DNA from: Schmidtea polychroa
Taxonomy: Eukaryota
Assembly: GCA_044892525.1 (NCBI GenBank)
Contig: CM097888.1
Span: 6,883,410-6,946,000 of the forward strand
DNA length: 62,591 bases
Reading direction: 5' to 3'
The translations under genes and the position numbers were made by a program. Within the stretch, counting starts at the first letter, position 1, and every line of letters starts with the position of its first letter. Positions 11,126 to 23,790 of this stretch are shown here, piece after piece. The notes beneath the pieces were generated by a model. It was given only the letters and a program-made list of their open reading frames with translations, was not told where the DNA came from and did not search any database.

Positions 11126-12792
11126 ATTGACTGTTATAAAACATTTTTGTTAGTTTTTATTACAAAAGTTTTATTTCTATTAAAATAATTGAAAAATTAC
11201 ATTATCCCGAAGCATCATCTGGCGGTTGAGGGGCGTATTCTGTGGTTTCATGTTGAAGTCGAATTACGTCTTCATCTTTACACATGTCACAAATAATTAG
11301 AGTTTATAATAATAATAACAATAATAATAATACACATTATTATATTTCGAAAATATTTAAAAATGACATTGTTCACAATTTAAAAATAAATATGTTTACC
11401 GCACGTTTGTCTTTATTTGAATTCCCTTACAGAATGAGAGACAGGTCAAAAATTCTAAATATACTATAAAATAAATACAAACCCAAAAATTGCATTAGAA
11501 AAAGAAGAGAAATGTACGATAAATCATTTTTCCTTGGAGTTATTACAAGGATTTTTCTGGTGATTTTTTAAACTTTTTTAAAATTTTACTATCTTTATAG
11601 TTATTTTTTCAGGGAAATTTTTCTGTTTTTACAAATATTATTGGTTTTCAAACTCTCCCGCTACGTTTTTTGACAAATCCGTTACTACCGCGTTGTTAAC
11701 TACATTCTAATATATCTAACTGTTTTACAAATTCAAATTCAAAAAATTAATAATTTATTGATTTTCTGTAAATTTGTATTTTACGAATTTTATATTTAAC
11801 TATGAACTTTTATTTAACTCTATTTTCATTATATTTACTTTTGTTATCAATTCTACACTTTTATATTTCTTTTCATTTTATTTTTATTTTAAAATAATTT
11901 TAATTTATTTTAGTTGAGTTCGTTTAAATATGCTAAGTAATTCACAACATATATTTATTTTCCCTTATAGTTTTTAGTGATTGATAGCTTGTTATTGTTT
12001 CCATTTTTTTAAAGTTTTGTCTCATTTTCGTCCAGAATATGTTCTATAAACTTTGTTTCCTGGTTTTAGAGTAATAAATAATAAATTGCAAATTTACAAA
12101 TATAAACCTATTTAAACCACCAAATAGTCACATTACAATAACAATANNNNNNNNNNNNNNNNNNNNNNNNNNNNNNNNNNNNNNNNNNNNNNNNNNNNNN
12201 NNNNNNNNNNNNNNNNNNNNNNNNNNNNNNNNNNNNNNNNNNNNNNNNNNNNNNNNNNNNNNNNNNNNNNNNNNNNNNNNNNNNNNNNNNNNNNNNNNNN
12301 NNNNNNNNNNNNNNNNNNNNNNNNNNNNNNNNNNNNNNNNNNNNNNNNNNNNNNNNNNNNNNNNNNNNNNNNNNNNNNNNNNNNNNNNNNNNNNNNNNNN
12401 NNNNNNNNNNNNNNNNNNNNNNNNNNNNNNNNNNNNNNNNNNNNNNNNNNNNNNNNNNTAAAAATTTTGAAATTATACTGATTGAATTGAACCATATTTT
12501 TTATTTTATATCGAAATTATTTCATAAGTCTTTCCAAATAAGTAAAACTATAAAATACAGTGAATGAATGTTTACGTGAAATATATTTGACATTCAATTT
12601 GCAACAGGTGGAACAGATAATTTCCTCTGATTGCTTCATAGATAAATTGCCAATAAGTTATTATTGTAAATTATTATAATTCGTGTTTATTTATAATCAC
12701 AATAATCACTCATAAACCATGTGCTAATGAATCCATAATTGACTTGTTCACAATATCTAGACCAACATCTACGGACTCATCATCATTTACAG

Positions 12793-13066
12793 CTCATTTT
12801 TCTTTGAAAAAGAAATCAGTAAATTGTGTTATCCTGTCGCATCGGAAGATGGCAATGTCCATCTGATTACAGTTTCAGTTTCTCCCAATGATCTTGGGTT
12901 TTCTGATTGTCAGACAAGCTTTGAAAATGGTAGCAATAAAGAACAATTAAATATCAATGGATCTTTAAAACAAGCCGTTCAAGAGGATTTTGAGTTGTAT
13001 AAAGAAAACACTATTGCGGCCTTCACAGAATTACAAGAGCTGACATTGGATGATAATGTGTTGAAG
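12793..13066 (+). CDS. Probable host internal exon, product unknown
   Basis: tttacAG| acceptor, 274-nt open frame (SFFFEKEISKLCYPVASEDG...TLDDNVLK), AAG|GTATCA donor, and raised GC in AT-rich surroundings. Confidence 0.45.
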
Positions 13067-13429
13067 GTATCAATTATTATAGATATTTTCTAAATTAAAA
13101 TTCCTATATGTTCCTTTTCTCATTCGTTTTGACAAAGCACTCGTTTCACACCTTCAATTTATCTTGAAATATCGATTTTTTAAAAATAAAAATAACATTA
13201 AAAAACTATTGATAAATTCAAAAATGAACGTTTAATTTATTTATGTTAACCGTATTTCTCGATGGGCTTTACATTTGGAGGTTAAAATATTGTTTTTGAT
13301 ATACTTAGGTTTTATTTATTTTAATCTAATATTATTATATTATTTATCGTTTTTAATATAATTACAAATATATTTAGTAAATTTTAATTTGTTTAAATAA
13401 TCAAATCAATAAGAAGAGAAGCAAGGCAA

Positions 13430-13990
13430 AAAAGATCTAATAAAACTGGAAAACTTTCAATTAATAAACACTGAAGAAAAGGCTTACATATTTATTTGAA
13501 TTACGTTTTTTATAAATAATTCCGCAATTGTTAATAGATTAATTATAATTAATAATTGAATAAATAATCTTTTTGATGTTCGAAAATATAATAATTTATC
13601 TAAATTATAATATTTTGTGGGACCTTATAAATTATAAAACAATAAAAGTGAAGAGAAATGGAAAGATATTAGCTAATTTTCTAACTTCGATGAAAAAGAT
13701 CTATTTCAGCTGGAAAACTTTCAATTAATAAACACTGAAGAAATGGCTTACATATTTATTTGAATTACGTTTTATAAATAATTCCGCAATTGTTGATTGA
13801 TTGATCATAATTAATAATCGAGTAAATAATTTATTTAAATTGAAATATTAAATATCAATTTTTGAATTGATTTTCGAAAATATTTTAATTTATCTAAATT
13901 ATGAAATTTGTGGGAGGTTATAATGAAAAAAAACAAGAAAAGCGAGGAGAAAGGGATAGATTTAATCGGAAAGATCAGCTAAATTTCGTA
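13430..13990. repeat. Diverged tandem duplication with a period of about 265 bp
   Basis: aaaagatcta...ctggaaaactttcaattaataaacactgaagaa.ggcttacatatttatttgaattacg occurs at ~13431 and ~13694. Confidence 0.8.
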
Positions 13991-14359
13991 TATGACTTAA
14001 CAGAACTATTTTAGGTAGAAAATTTCAAATTAATTTACATTAAAGAAATCGTTTATATTATTGTTATTTAATCTTTAACATCTTCAAGGAAATTTTACCT
14101 ATTAATTAATCATTAATCTTTTTTGATATAATTAATGTCGTTCTGGTATTTAGCGCATATATTATAAAAATACAAAGAAAAGCACATCAGAAATACTGAG
14201 GACTTTGTACCAAAGAATAACGGAATACCATATAATATATCTTTAATAATATCAGCCACAAAAATTCCTGATTATTTGTTGAAATGTTCTCGGCTTAACT
14301 ATGAGAAATTATTTGTAGTTTTCAGTATAATCCCCAATAAGACTGATGAATTTATTTCA

Positions 14360-14900
14360 GTATTGCAGCTGTGTCATTATAATCTTGATCCTGTAGTGGT
14401 TCCCTGTAAGGTTTGCAAAATACCCCTCTACGAGCTGAATCGTTTCTTGTTTCGAAGAAAAGTGACGACCTGCAAGAAATCGTTTTAATGTTAGAGTGAG
14501 ATAGAAATCAGATAGAGCCAAATCTGTGAAGTAGAGTGAATTGGCTAGCAAATCATTTATTCTTCCATAAACACTTATGTAGTTAGGCACATTTTTCCTT
14601 CTGCAAACCGGAATTTTTCTACCATTTTCAAGAAAAACAAAAAAATACCTTTCCTGGTGATGAACCCTGAAATGTTTTGTTTTCACATTATTCCCTGGCT
14701 CGTGTCTCAATTCCCGTGCTTAATATTAGATCCAACTCTTATCCATAGTAATAATTCAGTGCGATAAATCAGTTTTATTCTTATTAATACACACCAAGCA
14801 CTATTCAAAGATTTTCATGAGAATTCGTTTTTGATTCTTCTTACATTTATCTTACACGTTTTTTTTAAATGCCTTTAGTTTCGTAATTCTTTCATGGAAT
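14360..14900 (-). mobile_element. Mariner transposase remnant
   Basis: IITMDKSWI (first catalytic D, TxDEtW motif) and LANSLYFTDLALSDFYL...LKRFLAGRHFSS.. (YSPDLAPSDFYLF motif). Confidence 0.75.
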
Positions 14901-17633
14901 GTGATAATTTATTTTCAGAATTAATAAAATGGTATAACACGCTTGTAAAGTTCGTGAAATGTGCAAATTTATTACCGTGAAATATTTATAGCGATATTCA
15001 GTATGCAAAATCCATAGGTTCATCACTGTAATAAAAGCTTTCCTGGCGTTAGTTTTCCTTTTGTCATTTTTATGTCAAATATTTTAGTTTAATTGAAAAT
15101 TTGAGGCAAAGATAGATATCTGAATATGAAGCATAAAGTAAAAAATAATCAGCATGATTGCAGATATTTCCACAAGAAAAATCTTATTAACTAAAGAAAC
15201 AATAAAAATTATTTTAAAATTTAAAGTTTTTTTAAAAAATTATCTGAAGAAACTTTAATATAGAAATTAAATCAAGATCCAATCAAAAGGCAAATAATTT
15301 AAATCAAAATATTTTCTTAGGCAAATTGAAGAGAATCACTCCATAGTTGCTTGATCAGGATACTTTCGCATATGCTTGTGCATTTTTTGTATTCTTGGAA
15401 ACAATTTCTGGTATAAAACTCTAACTATTCTAACTATGATGGTGTCTAACCCTGGCATAAACTAATAGGATTTCATCCTTTCTGAATGAATTCTCAATGC
15501 TCTTTTTCTTTATTCTTTCTCTACATTATTTGCATTCAACATTAAAATTATCTCTCTTCATAAGTCATCTTGAAACTATGAAACACAAGCTCATTCTAAA
15601 CAATATGTATAAAGAATCTACAAAATTTCAAACTAGTATGAGTTTTCATGGAGTTTCAATTTAACATTATATAAGAAGGATCAAGTGAAACAATAAAAAT
15701 CATTGTGTACATTATTAAAAACGAAATCATCATCATTAAGAGAATGTGAAAAAGTATACATCTCGAAGTATACATTGTATCCAGTCCTGTGGATCAAATT
15801 TAATAGCCTGAATAAATATTTAATTCCAACTAGTTAAACCACAGATCAATAAATTCTTAAATCCTGAAAGAAATTGTGGGATACCCATCTTAATAGGCCA
15901 AATTTCAGCAAAGGTAACAACACTTTTTATAACCTTAAACATTTATAAAATCATTAGGAATATAACCTTGACCATTCACAAAATCAATAGGTGTATATAT
16001 TCTCTAAATTAATTTTTATTAGTAATTATTATTGTTTTAATGTTAATTTGGCGCTATATTTGAATATATTAAAAGCATGCATACCAATACCAATCACTCA
16101 ATTATTCTGTAACTTGGTCACTAGCGGGTCAGTCATATATGCCTTATCGATTTTCNNNNNNNNNNNNNNNNNNNNNNNNNNNNNNNNNNNNNNNNNNNNN
16201 NNNNNNNNNNNNNNNNNNNNNNNNNNNNNNNNNNNNNNNNNNNNNNNNNNNNNNNNNNNNNNNNNNNNNNNNNNNNNNNNNNNNNNNNNNNNNNNNNNNN
16301 NNNNNNNNNNNNNNNNNNNNNNNNNNNNNNNATATCTTTGTCGGCAGTCGTCGATATTTAAGCATCTTATATAATAGAATAATGTTGTAATATTATGACT
16401 CAATAAATCAAATAAATGCCTTCAATAAATTTGCTCTTGATTGGATGTTTATCGAAGGAAATTTTGATAATTATCAAAGTTTCACATTAAAATTTTAAAA
16501 TCATATTTTATAATTGTTTCCGTACTAGTTTTTCAATGTTGTATAATGTTACTACGAACCTTTCATAAGACTGTTCCTAAATTCTAGTGCAGCGATGGCC
16601 GGCAGTATTTTCGATGTATTTAGTATTGTACTCATTCTGACGAAAATATAGTTTCGCATTTATATTTCGCTTATAAATCAGTTTTGTTGCTATTTACATT
16701 TGATCCTAGTTTTTATCTTTTAGTATAACCTTGAAATTTATTAGTGGTATAATATTAAATGATCTCGATGTATCCGGTAACGTATCAATAATAGCTGAAA
16801 GTAATAATATCTCCTTACTAAACTATGCAACTGAGAGCAATTTAAAATAGGATTGCAATTGCATTTCCAGATTGTAACATATGATAATATCTAAATTGAT
16901 AATGTTTTACTTTAATTTGATTGTTTATTTTATATATTAATATTATTATTGAATATTTAATATAAATATTGATTAAAGCTTTATCATATGTCAATTAATT
17001 GTTTAATGATTTTACAATTAATAAAATTAATAAAACATTTAATGTCAAGGTTCTACTACTAGATGAAGAATCTTATTGTATAATAAACCAAAATTTATAT
17101 TGTTTTCATTAGAAAGTAATTAAAAAATGTAAAACAAGAAAAGGGAACTTTTTGTCAGAAATAATTTGTCTGAAAATCCTGCCAATTTATCATAGACAGA
17201 AATCAAGCCTTTAACAACTCTAATTAAATGAGTTTTCATTTTTCAGGAATAATTTGTTTCAATCATCTAAATAAATTAAAAGAAAAGTAAAAGTAAAAAA
17301 AGTAAAAGTATCTTTATTGCAATTTCATAAGCTCCAATTATTTTATATTTAATTTATTCTACATCCAGAAAACCTTTATTGCTACTGCTGCTATCATAAA
17401 CTGATCATAATTAAACCTGACAAAGTGGGACAAATTATATAATTTCTGAAAAAGTAGATCTTTACTTAATTATAAAAAATAAAAATGTATTTCACATTTA
17501 TTAAAAATACAATAACATCAATATTAATAATTACGACGCCTCAATTGTTTAAATTGTCAGAACAAACGAGAGAATTTTAATTTATAAATAATAAATAAAT
17601 GTTGGAAGAATACTTGAATTTAATTTCGTTTAA

Positions 17634-17634
<1 letters not shown>

Positions 17635-17720
<86 letters not shown>
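17635..17720. repeat. (ATT)n microsatellite
   Basis: Perfect run. Confidence 0.95.
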
Positions 17721-17721
<1 letters not shown>

Positions 17722-18199
17722 AAAATAGTCAGAAATGTAAAAAACAAAATACATGCAAAAACAACAAAAATAATAATCAGGTGTTCAATAGCTACACTTG
17801 TGAAATTATTTACAATGAAAAATATTTCCCTGATAAATAATGGGATCAAATTAATTCGAAAGGAAAGCAACAAAATTGAATTGGAAAACTCCTTAAATTA
17901 ATAATTACATAAATTGTTATGTAATTGGTAGCGCTATAAAATAGTGTGGTAATTATATATTACAGTTTGAATTTTATTAAATAAATGTCTCCTTTTATCA
18001 AGTGTGAATATGATAAAGTCTGTGCAATTAAAATACTCTTAAATAATAAACTATATGTGATAGAAAGAATCTGTTAAAAATAATAAATATATCAACCATC
18101 ATTACTAATGTAAAGGAGAATGCAGTTCTTTGAGAACATTCTTCCTGATGATTTTTAGAAATCCCGGCAATGAGATCAGTTATTTTATCTTGCAAACAA

Positions 18200-18720
18200 T
18201 ACTAAATAAAGTTTTAAAGACCAAAATACTAGAATACATCAAGCTTATTAGTCCCTGTTTGAGAAAATCTGTGTTTGATTTCGTTGGTGTGGGTGAATTT
18301 GATGAGTTAAATAGATTAAATATCGTGGGTAAGGATGAGCCTAAATTTATGTTGGTATTACCGTACTCAGAAGGTTTTAAGGATTATAAAGGGAATATAA
18401 CCAAACAGTTAGGGAATTTAAACTATAGGATTGTATCAAATTCATTCAAAGTACGTAATATGTTTTTACATAAGTCTAAAACTTCGGTCGAATTGTGTTC
18501 TGATCTCGTTTATCAGATTATATGTAACTGGTGTAATGTCACACACATTGGAGAGACTTCCTGTCATCTCTGTATTCGAGCTCGAGAACTGTAAGAGTAA
18601 AATAGGTATGTCTGATTATAAAATTTTAATAAAAAATTTCAATAATTATTGGGAACGTGTAATTTGTGAAGCATTATTGATAAAGTCATTGGATCCGAAA
18701 ATTAATGTGCAGAATGCAGT
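18200..18720 (+). mobile_element. Penelope-like element C-terminal remnant (linker plus GIY-YIG endonuclease)
   Basis: LVLPYSEG linker, SDLVYQIICNWCNVTHIGETSCHL, and ERVICEALLIKSLDPKINVQ (R...EA..I....P.IN.Q). Confidence 0.8.
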
Positions 18721-19299
18721 GAATACTTGTGTTTTAAATGCTTTAATTCATAAATTATATATACGGATTGTTGTTGTTAAATTAAATAATTATTAAATTA
18801 AATTTTGTATTTGATTGTTAAAATTTTAAAAAATAATATATTATTTGAATATTAGTTTTTGTAACATATTTTTCTATCGCATATACTTACAAAGTCACAA
18901 GTATTTTTAATATTATTATTGAGCATTTAATATAAATATTGATTAAAGCTTTATCATATGTCAATTAATTGTTTAATGATTTTTCAGACCAAATCATTAA
19001 TATAATTTAAATAATTAAATTAAAAGAAAAAATTAATAATTCTCAAGGTGCCACTAATAGATGAAATATTTTATAATATAAATTTGCAACTGACATTAGG
19101 TGATATCAAAAGTTTAGTGTCCCCAAAAACAAAAATTGAATTTAGGATTAATAATAATTGGTCTGGAAAAAGGAACTAAGCTATAAATGGATCGCGGAAA
19201 TCGCATAGATTTAAATCTGATATAATTCCAATATCAAACATTATTTTCCCGGTTTTCAGGTTCTAATTCTCGCAATAAAACTGTTCGATCATGACAGTC

Positions 19300-19400
19300 T
19301 GCCTCCTGAAATGCGAATGTCAGTGAAATTGACGAGGAATAAATATTCATGTTTTCTCATGCGGTATTTGCGTTTAAAAAACCGCTCATCCGGAGCAGCG
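19300..19400 (-). mobile_element. Possible PIF/Harbinger transposase N-terminal remnant
   Basis: DERFFKRKYRMRKHEYLFLV resembles D..F...FRM....F..L. This is a short match only. Confidence 0.3.
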
Positions 19401-19602
19401 GTTTTGCACTTTTCTCGCATGCTTATGAGTTTCATCGACATTTGTACTCTTGAAATCAGAATGAATGAATTTGCCAAGCTCCTTTCCCTTGATGGATTGA
19501 GTCCTTTAATGCGAGAGGTTTGTAGTCAACGCCCATCTTTGTCATGTTCTTGACTCATTTCTTGACTCATTATTACTATTTCTTCTACTGTTGTTGTTTT
19601 TA

Positions 19603-19655
<53 letters not shown>

Positions 19656-20808
19656 ATTATTATTATTTATTGTTATTTCGTATCTTTACCGACCAATTAC
19701 ATCTCTATTTTGTATTGTGTACAGTTGAATGATTTGTCGTTGTGACCTATTCCATTATTGATTATTATATATATTATATATTATTATTATTATAATTATT
19801 ATTATTATCAGTATATATAATTCGTCGTCCTATTTAACCTAAGAATAATTTCTATTTTATCTGTGATGAGATAGATGAATCATTTTGTTGTTGTTGTTGT
19901 TGTTGTGATTGTTGTGATTGTTGTGATAGCGGAATATTTGAACGGGGAAAATAATCAAAATTTAATTGACCAAATTTCAGGAAAATTTGTTTGCTGACTT
20001 GCACAATAATAAATAATAATTGATTTCCATTAGTCAGTGATTTTATATTTTAATTATTATTGATTGATGTTTTACCGGCGCTAGTATGTGTGTATATCGA
20101 TATATTGGGATTTTGGTGTGGGATTATTGATGTATATGTGCTTGTGTGTGTGTGTGTTATTGATCCATAAATTTGTATTTATATTATTGGATATATTAGA
20201 CTTATTGATTTTGGAATTTTGTCATTTTAAATGCACATTTATCGAGTAATGGAACTAATCAATCATTTTGTGAAAACATAATTTATTGACAAGTTTTACA
20301 GAATAAATATCGACTTCATTTTGATTTCATGATTTTGTTTATATTTATTAATTATCAATATTGATTTTATTAATAAAATTGTTAATTTTCATTATTGATT
20401 GACGGTATTGATTTTGTCTTAATTGATGGGAGTTCGATAAAAATAATTTTTTAAAAATCAATAATGTGTTAATTTCTTTATTAATTATTAATTGAATCAA
20501 TAATTATCGGTTTCTTGTTTGTTTTTTAATCATTTTTGATTTTTTAGTTATGGGAGAATTTCAGTGGAGGCTCATAAGGGATGCAAAACATTTTTCCGTT
20601 TGTGGTATATTTATTTTTAAATTGTAAAAACTAGGTGCTCTGTATGTGTGTATTGTTGGGGTCAATGCGATTGTGTTTGGATGAGGATAGTTCGATAATA
20701 ACAAGACGCATTACAAACAGACCCGGATTTAAGGTGATTGGGCCCGTATTACCACCAAAATTAACAATAAGTTATTTTTAAAGCAAATTGATTTTGACGA
20801 TTTATTTT

Positions 20809-21003
20809 AACAATTCCAGTGAGAGTTGCTTCTGGAGAGAGAGATCATTTTCTATGCTAAAACTAATAAAAAGACTATCTGAGATCGACAATGACTCAGG
20901 ATAGATTCAATAGTTTAGCAATTATGTCGATTGAAATTGAAGAAGCAGAGTAATTGGATTTTCCTATTATTTTAGAAGAATTTACAGAACAAAAAGTTCG
21001 AAA
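20809..21003 (+). mobile_element. hAT transposase C-terminal dimerisation domain remnant
   Basis: TIPVRVASGERSFSMLKLIK.YLRSTMTQDRFNSLAIMSIE. Confidence 0.85.
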
Positions 21004-21095
21004 TATGTAAATTCATATATTCATTTTTATTTTTTAATGCATGAAGAAGTTTACCTATCTTATATATTGAATTTGCATTTTATTTTATATAAAAA

Positions 21096-21234
21096 TTCTT
21101 TTATGCCCCCCCCCCTGGAAAAATTCCTGCGGACGCCCATGCTCGGATCCAATAAATATAGAAGGCCCTGCATTTATTGGATCCGAGCATGGGCGTCCGC
21201 AGGAATTTTTCCATGGGGGGGGGGCATAAAAGAA
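21096..21234. repeat. Near-perfect ~62-bp-arm fold-back made from a hAT-like terminus plus 16 bp of flank
   Basis: ttcttttatgccc...cctgcggacgcccatgctcggatccaataaat | 14-nt loop | atttattggatccgagcatgggcgtccgcagg...gggcataaaagaa. Confidence 0.9.
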
Positions 21235-21619
21235 AGTAGAGAACTTCTACATATTAATGTAATACTTAAGCATACACCAATTAGTATCATTTAAATTCAT
21301 GTTATGCTCATCTACGAAAAGAGATTGTTACTATATATAATCAGATTAATAATAGTATATTGATGATTTCAATTAAAGTCATTTTTATCGTTGAAACATT
21401 AATGTGGTTTTTGGAATAAACAAAATCAAAAAACGTAAAAAATTTTCTTTTTGTATATTTTCCATAAATATTTATTCAATTATAAAACAAAATTACAGAC
21501 TAATTCATAAATATTACTTTTTGAAAAGAAATTGCAAACGTCTGTGATCTTGACCAAATTTATTGATCACTTGTCCATTATTTTTCGTTTTTTTACTGTC
21601 ATTGATTCTGTCACGATGA

Positions 21620-22085
21620 ACACTGATCATGCAAAGTCCAGAAAGTCTATTTTCACACATTGTTGACCTTAGCCACGTTTTGACTCTGCTCAGTGTGCTA
21701 AATGATCTTTCAACAATGCAACACTGGCAATGTTAAAGCAATAAGAACTGTTTTTAATAGCTGGAAAAAGATCTGTGAATTATAATAAATCCATCATTCC
21801 ATCGCGACTTTTGATTTCAAAATCCGGCTTTTTATTTAACCACATCTCAAACCAAGTGCTTGCCTCAGCATCAAAATTTTCAATTTCATACTCCATTATG
21901 ATGCTTTCTGTGTGAGTTTTGAATTCATCTTTTGAAAGTTTCAACATTTCTACTGGGTGAAGTGAAAATAGAATAAATTTGATTTTGTTATTGTCATTGA
22001 ATCTGCTCTTCAACGATGAGATGATTAAATCCAAGTAATGTATAGAGACAGATATTTGAAAGTATTCTTCAACAGGAAAGATGTG
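21620..22085 (-). mobile_element. hAT (ZMYM1/PRKRIR-like) transposase C-terminal remnant
   Basis: EEYFQISVSIHYLDLIISSLKSRF, then EASTW..MW and DLFPAIK preceding the dimerisation motif. Confidence 0.7.
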
Positions 22086-22139
22086 GGGAATTTGAAAAAG
22101 TTCACAAATTTCATGAAGAGGAAACCAACAACAGAGATC

Positions 22140-22910
22140 AGCCACAAGAGGCAATTCAAGAGGGGTCAATGTGTCAAATGTGGATCTGAACATTACTTGA
22201 ACCAATGTCCGGAACTTTTAAAAATGAAAGTAGCAGCACGAAAAAATGAAAAATGAATACATGGGAAAAGCAAGATGAGGCTGGCCGGGCTGGTCAAATC
22301 GTAAAATTATCCGAAGATAAAATTGTGGAACCGAAGGCAGTGGAAGTGTTGAGCAATTGGGAAAAAGATAAACCAGCATCAGAGGATCTGACGTCCGAGG
22401 CGGCGGTTATTGATATTCAGGTTGATGAATGGAAAATTAATCGACTAAAAGAAGAGCGGGATAATGTTCAAAAGGCCAAAGAAGTTTTGGATTTAACAGA
22501 AAAATTGAACGAATCATTGAACAGTCTCAAACAACACGGATCATTTGAACTCGTTTGCACGCCTCTAAAGATGTACACGAAAGATGTACAATTGTCAATT
22601 CAACACGAAGCAATCAAAGAACGACTTGGTAGGATACCTATGAGAACATTAAGTGAAAACTGGTCACTAAATGAAATGCAACAGGTAAAAGTGTGGAATA
22701 TTGAATTGGTGAAAAATGAAGAAAGAATAATGGAGATATTATACCTAAACAAAATGAACAGGGACAGTTGCTTGTCCGAGTATGTCGATGGTAGGTGGAT
22801 AATCCACAGTGATATTTAAACATAGGTACGTGGTGCGGTTGCGTATATAATAGGAAGATGGGTATGTCAGAGTTATTGGAGATTGAGCAAATGAAAAGAG
22901 TTATTGGTAC
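22140..22910 (+). mobile_element. BEL/Pao LTR retrotransposon gag-pol remnant
   Basis: CVKCGSEHYLNQC (Cx2Cx3Hx4C knuckle) followed by M.V..R; downstream EDGYVRVIG resembles D..G..RV.GR. Confidence 0.5.
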
Positions 22911-22952
22911 CAATAACTGAGGTTTGCCACTAAAGTAGATTGGGTTGTTGAT

Positions 22953-23123
22953 CCGCTGGAAGGGATCAAGGAGGGGGGAAATGTTTCCGCCGATTTTGGC
23001 GTTTTTTATCGCGTCTGTGTGCGCGTTATTAGCAGACTGCTATTCGGAGTAGTGTGCGCACACAGACGCAAAGAGTTGGTATGTTTTGTTTTTTATATGG
23101 ATTGTTATTAATTAGTTTTTTAG
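22953..23123 (+). promoter_or_regulatory. Cassette module copy C: imperfect hairpin (22953-22992), perfect 14-bp inverted repeat (23011-23024/23056-23069) and mini-intron (23079-23123)
   Basis: gcgtctgtgtgcgc/gcgcacacagacgc; TG|GTATGT...TTTTAG|A (45 nt); ATG at 23200. Confidence 0.8.
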
Positions 23124-23199
23124 AATTGATTTATGTTTCTATTAGAAACGAATTTGTTTTACCAGGAGATTTCGTTGGAAAATATAAATTTTTGCTAAA

Positions 23200-23301
23200 A
23201 TGGCTTCAGGTGTTAAATGTGATTCTTTAGTGGAAGAATATCTTAATTAAATTGAATTTCAATATACGATCTTTGGATTGAATAAACTGAAGGATAGAAT
23301 T
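23200..23301 (+). pseudogene. ADF/cofilin N-terminal fragment with an in-frame stop at codon 17
   Basis: [26 protein letters not shown] matches the cofilin start MASGV..D plus Y.IF. Confidence 0.65.
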
Positions 23302-23487
23302 ATTCAAAAAGAATCTACTCTCTATTTGGTTTTGAGATTACGAGGTGGCATGCAAATATTCGTGAAAACTCTCACTGGCAAAACGATTACACTCGAATTT
23401 AAATCAAGCGATACTATTGAAAATGTGAAAGTAAAGATTCAAGACAAGGAAAGAATTCCTCCCGATCAACAAAGACGAATTTTCGCT
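23302..23487 (+). pseudogene. Polyubiquitin fragment spanning a unit-to-unit junction
   Basis: [16 protein letters not shown]|[16 protein letters not shown]...DTIENVK.KIQDKE.IPPDQQR.IFA. Confidence 0.95.
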
Positions 23488-23661
23488 GAAACTGGGGAAT
23501 TTGGTACTTCTTATGAAAAGTTCAGATTACACATGATCGAAACATATGCTAAAGGAGGTTGCTATGCATTATATGACTATCAGGGTACTTTGGCGTTTAT
23601 TTAATGGAAACCAGAAACAATGAAAATCAATAATCGTATGATCATGGTTTCTTCAAAATCA
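23488..23661 (+). pseudogene. ADF/cofilin central and C-terminal fragment with an in-frame stop at 23602
   Basis: SYEKF...CYALYDY...LAFI*WKPETMKINNRMIMVSSKS matches cofilin cRYAlYD..., W.P......kM..aSSK. Confidence 0.7.
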
Positions 23662-23664
23662 AAG

Positions 23665-23790
23665 ATTGCAACCAATATCTATTCAAAGAGTCATATTTCT
23701 GCTTCAAGGGATAAATCCATGATTATTTGGGATGACCTTGAAGATGAGGCTGCTATGTCAGATGATGGTCAATTTGTATTGTCTGAGTCA
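23665..23790 (+). pseudogene. RACK1: RACK1 (WD40) N-terminal fragment with internal deletion
   Basis: IATN...ISASRDKSMIIW...SDDGQFVLSES compared with RACK1 IATTP...ILSASRDKTIIMW...SSDGQFALSGS. Confidence 0.7.

Noticed and set aside
11200-11285. Hammerhead ribozyme near the Penelope remnant
   Set aside because: Only a loose ATGAAGAC..GAAAC resemblance; the catalytic core and stems cannot be built.
22253-22819. 188-aa ORF as a novel host gene
   Set aside because: It lies between a BEL-type zinc knuckle and pol-like remnants, so it is more simply a rearranged retrotransposon.
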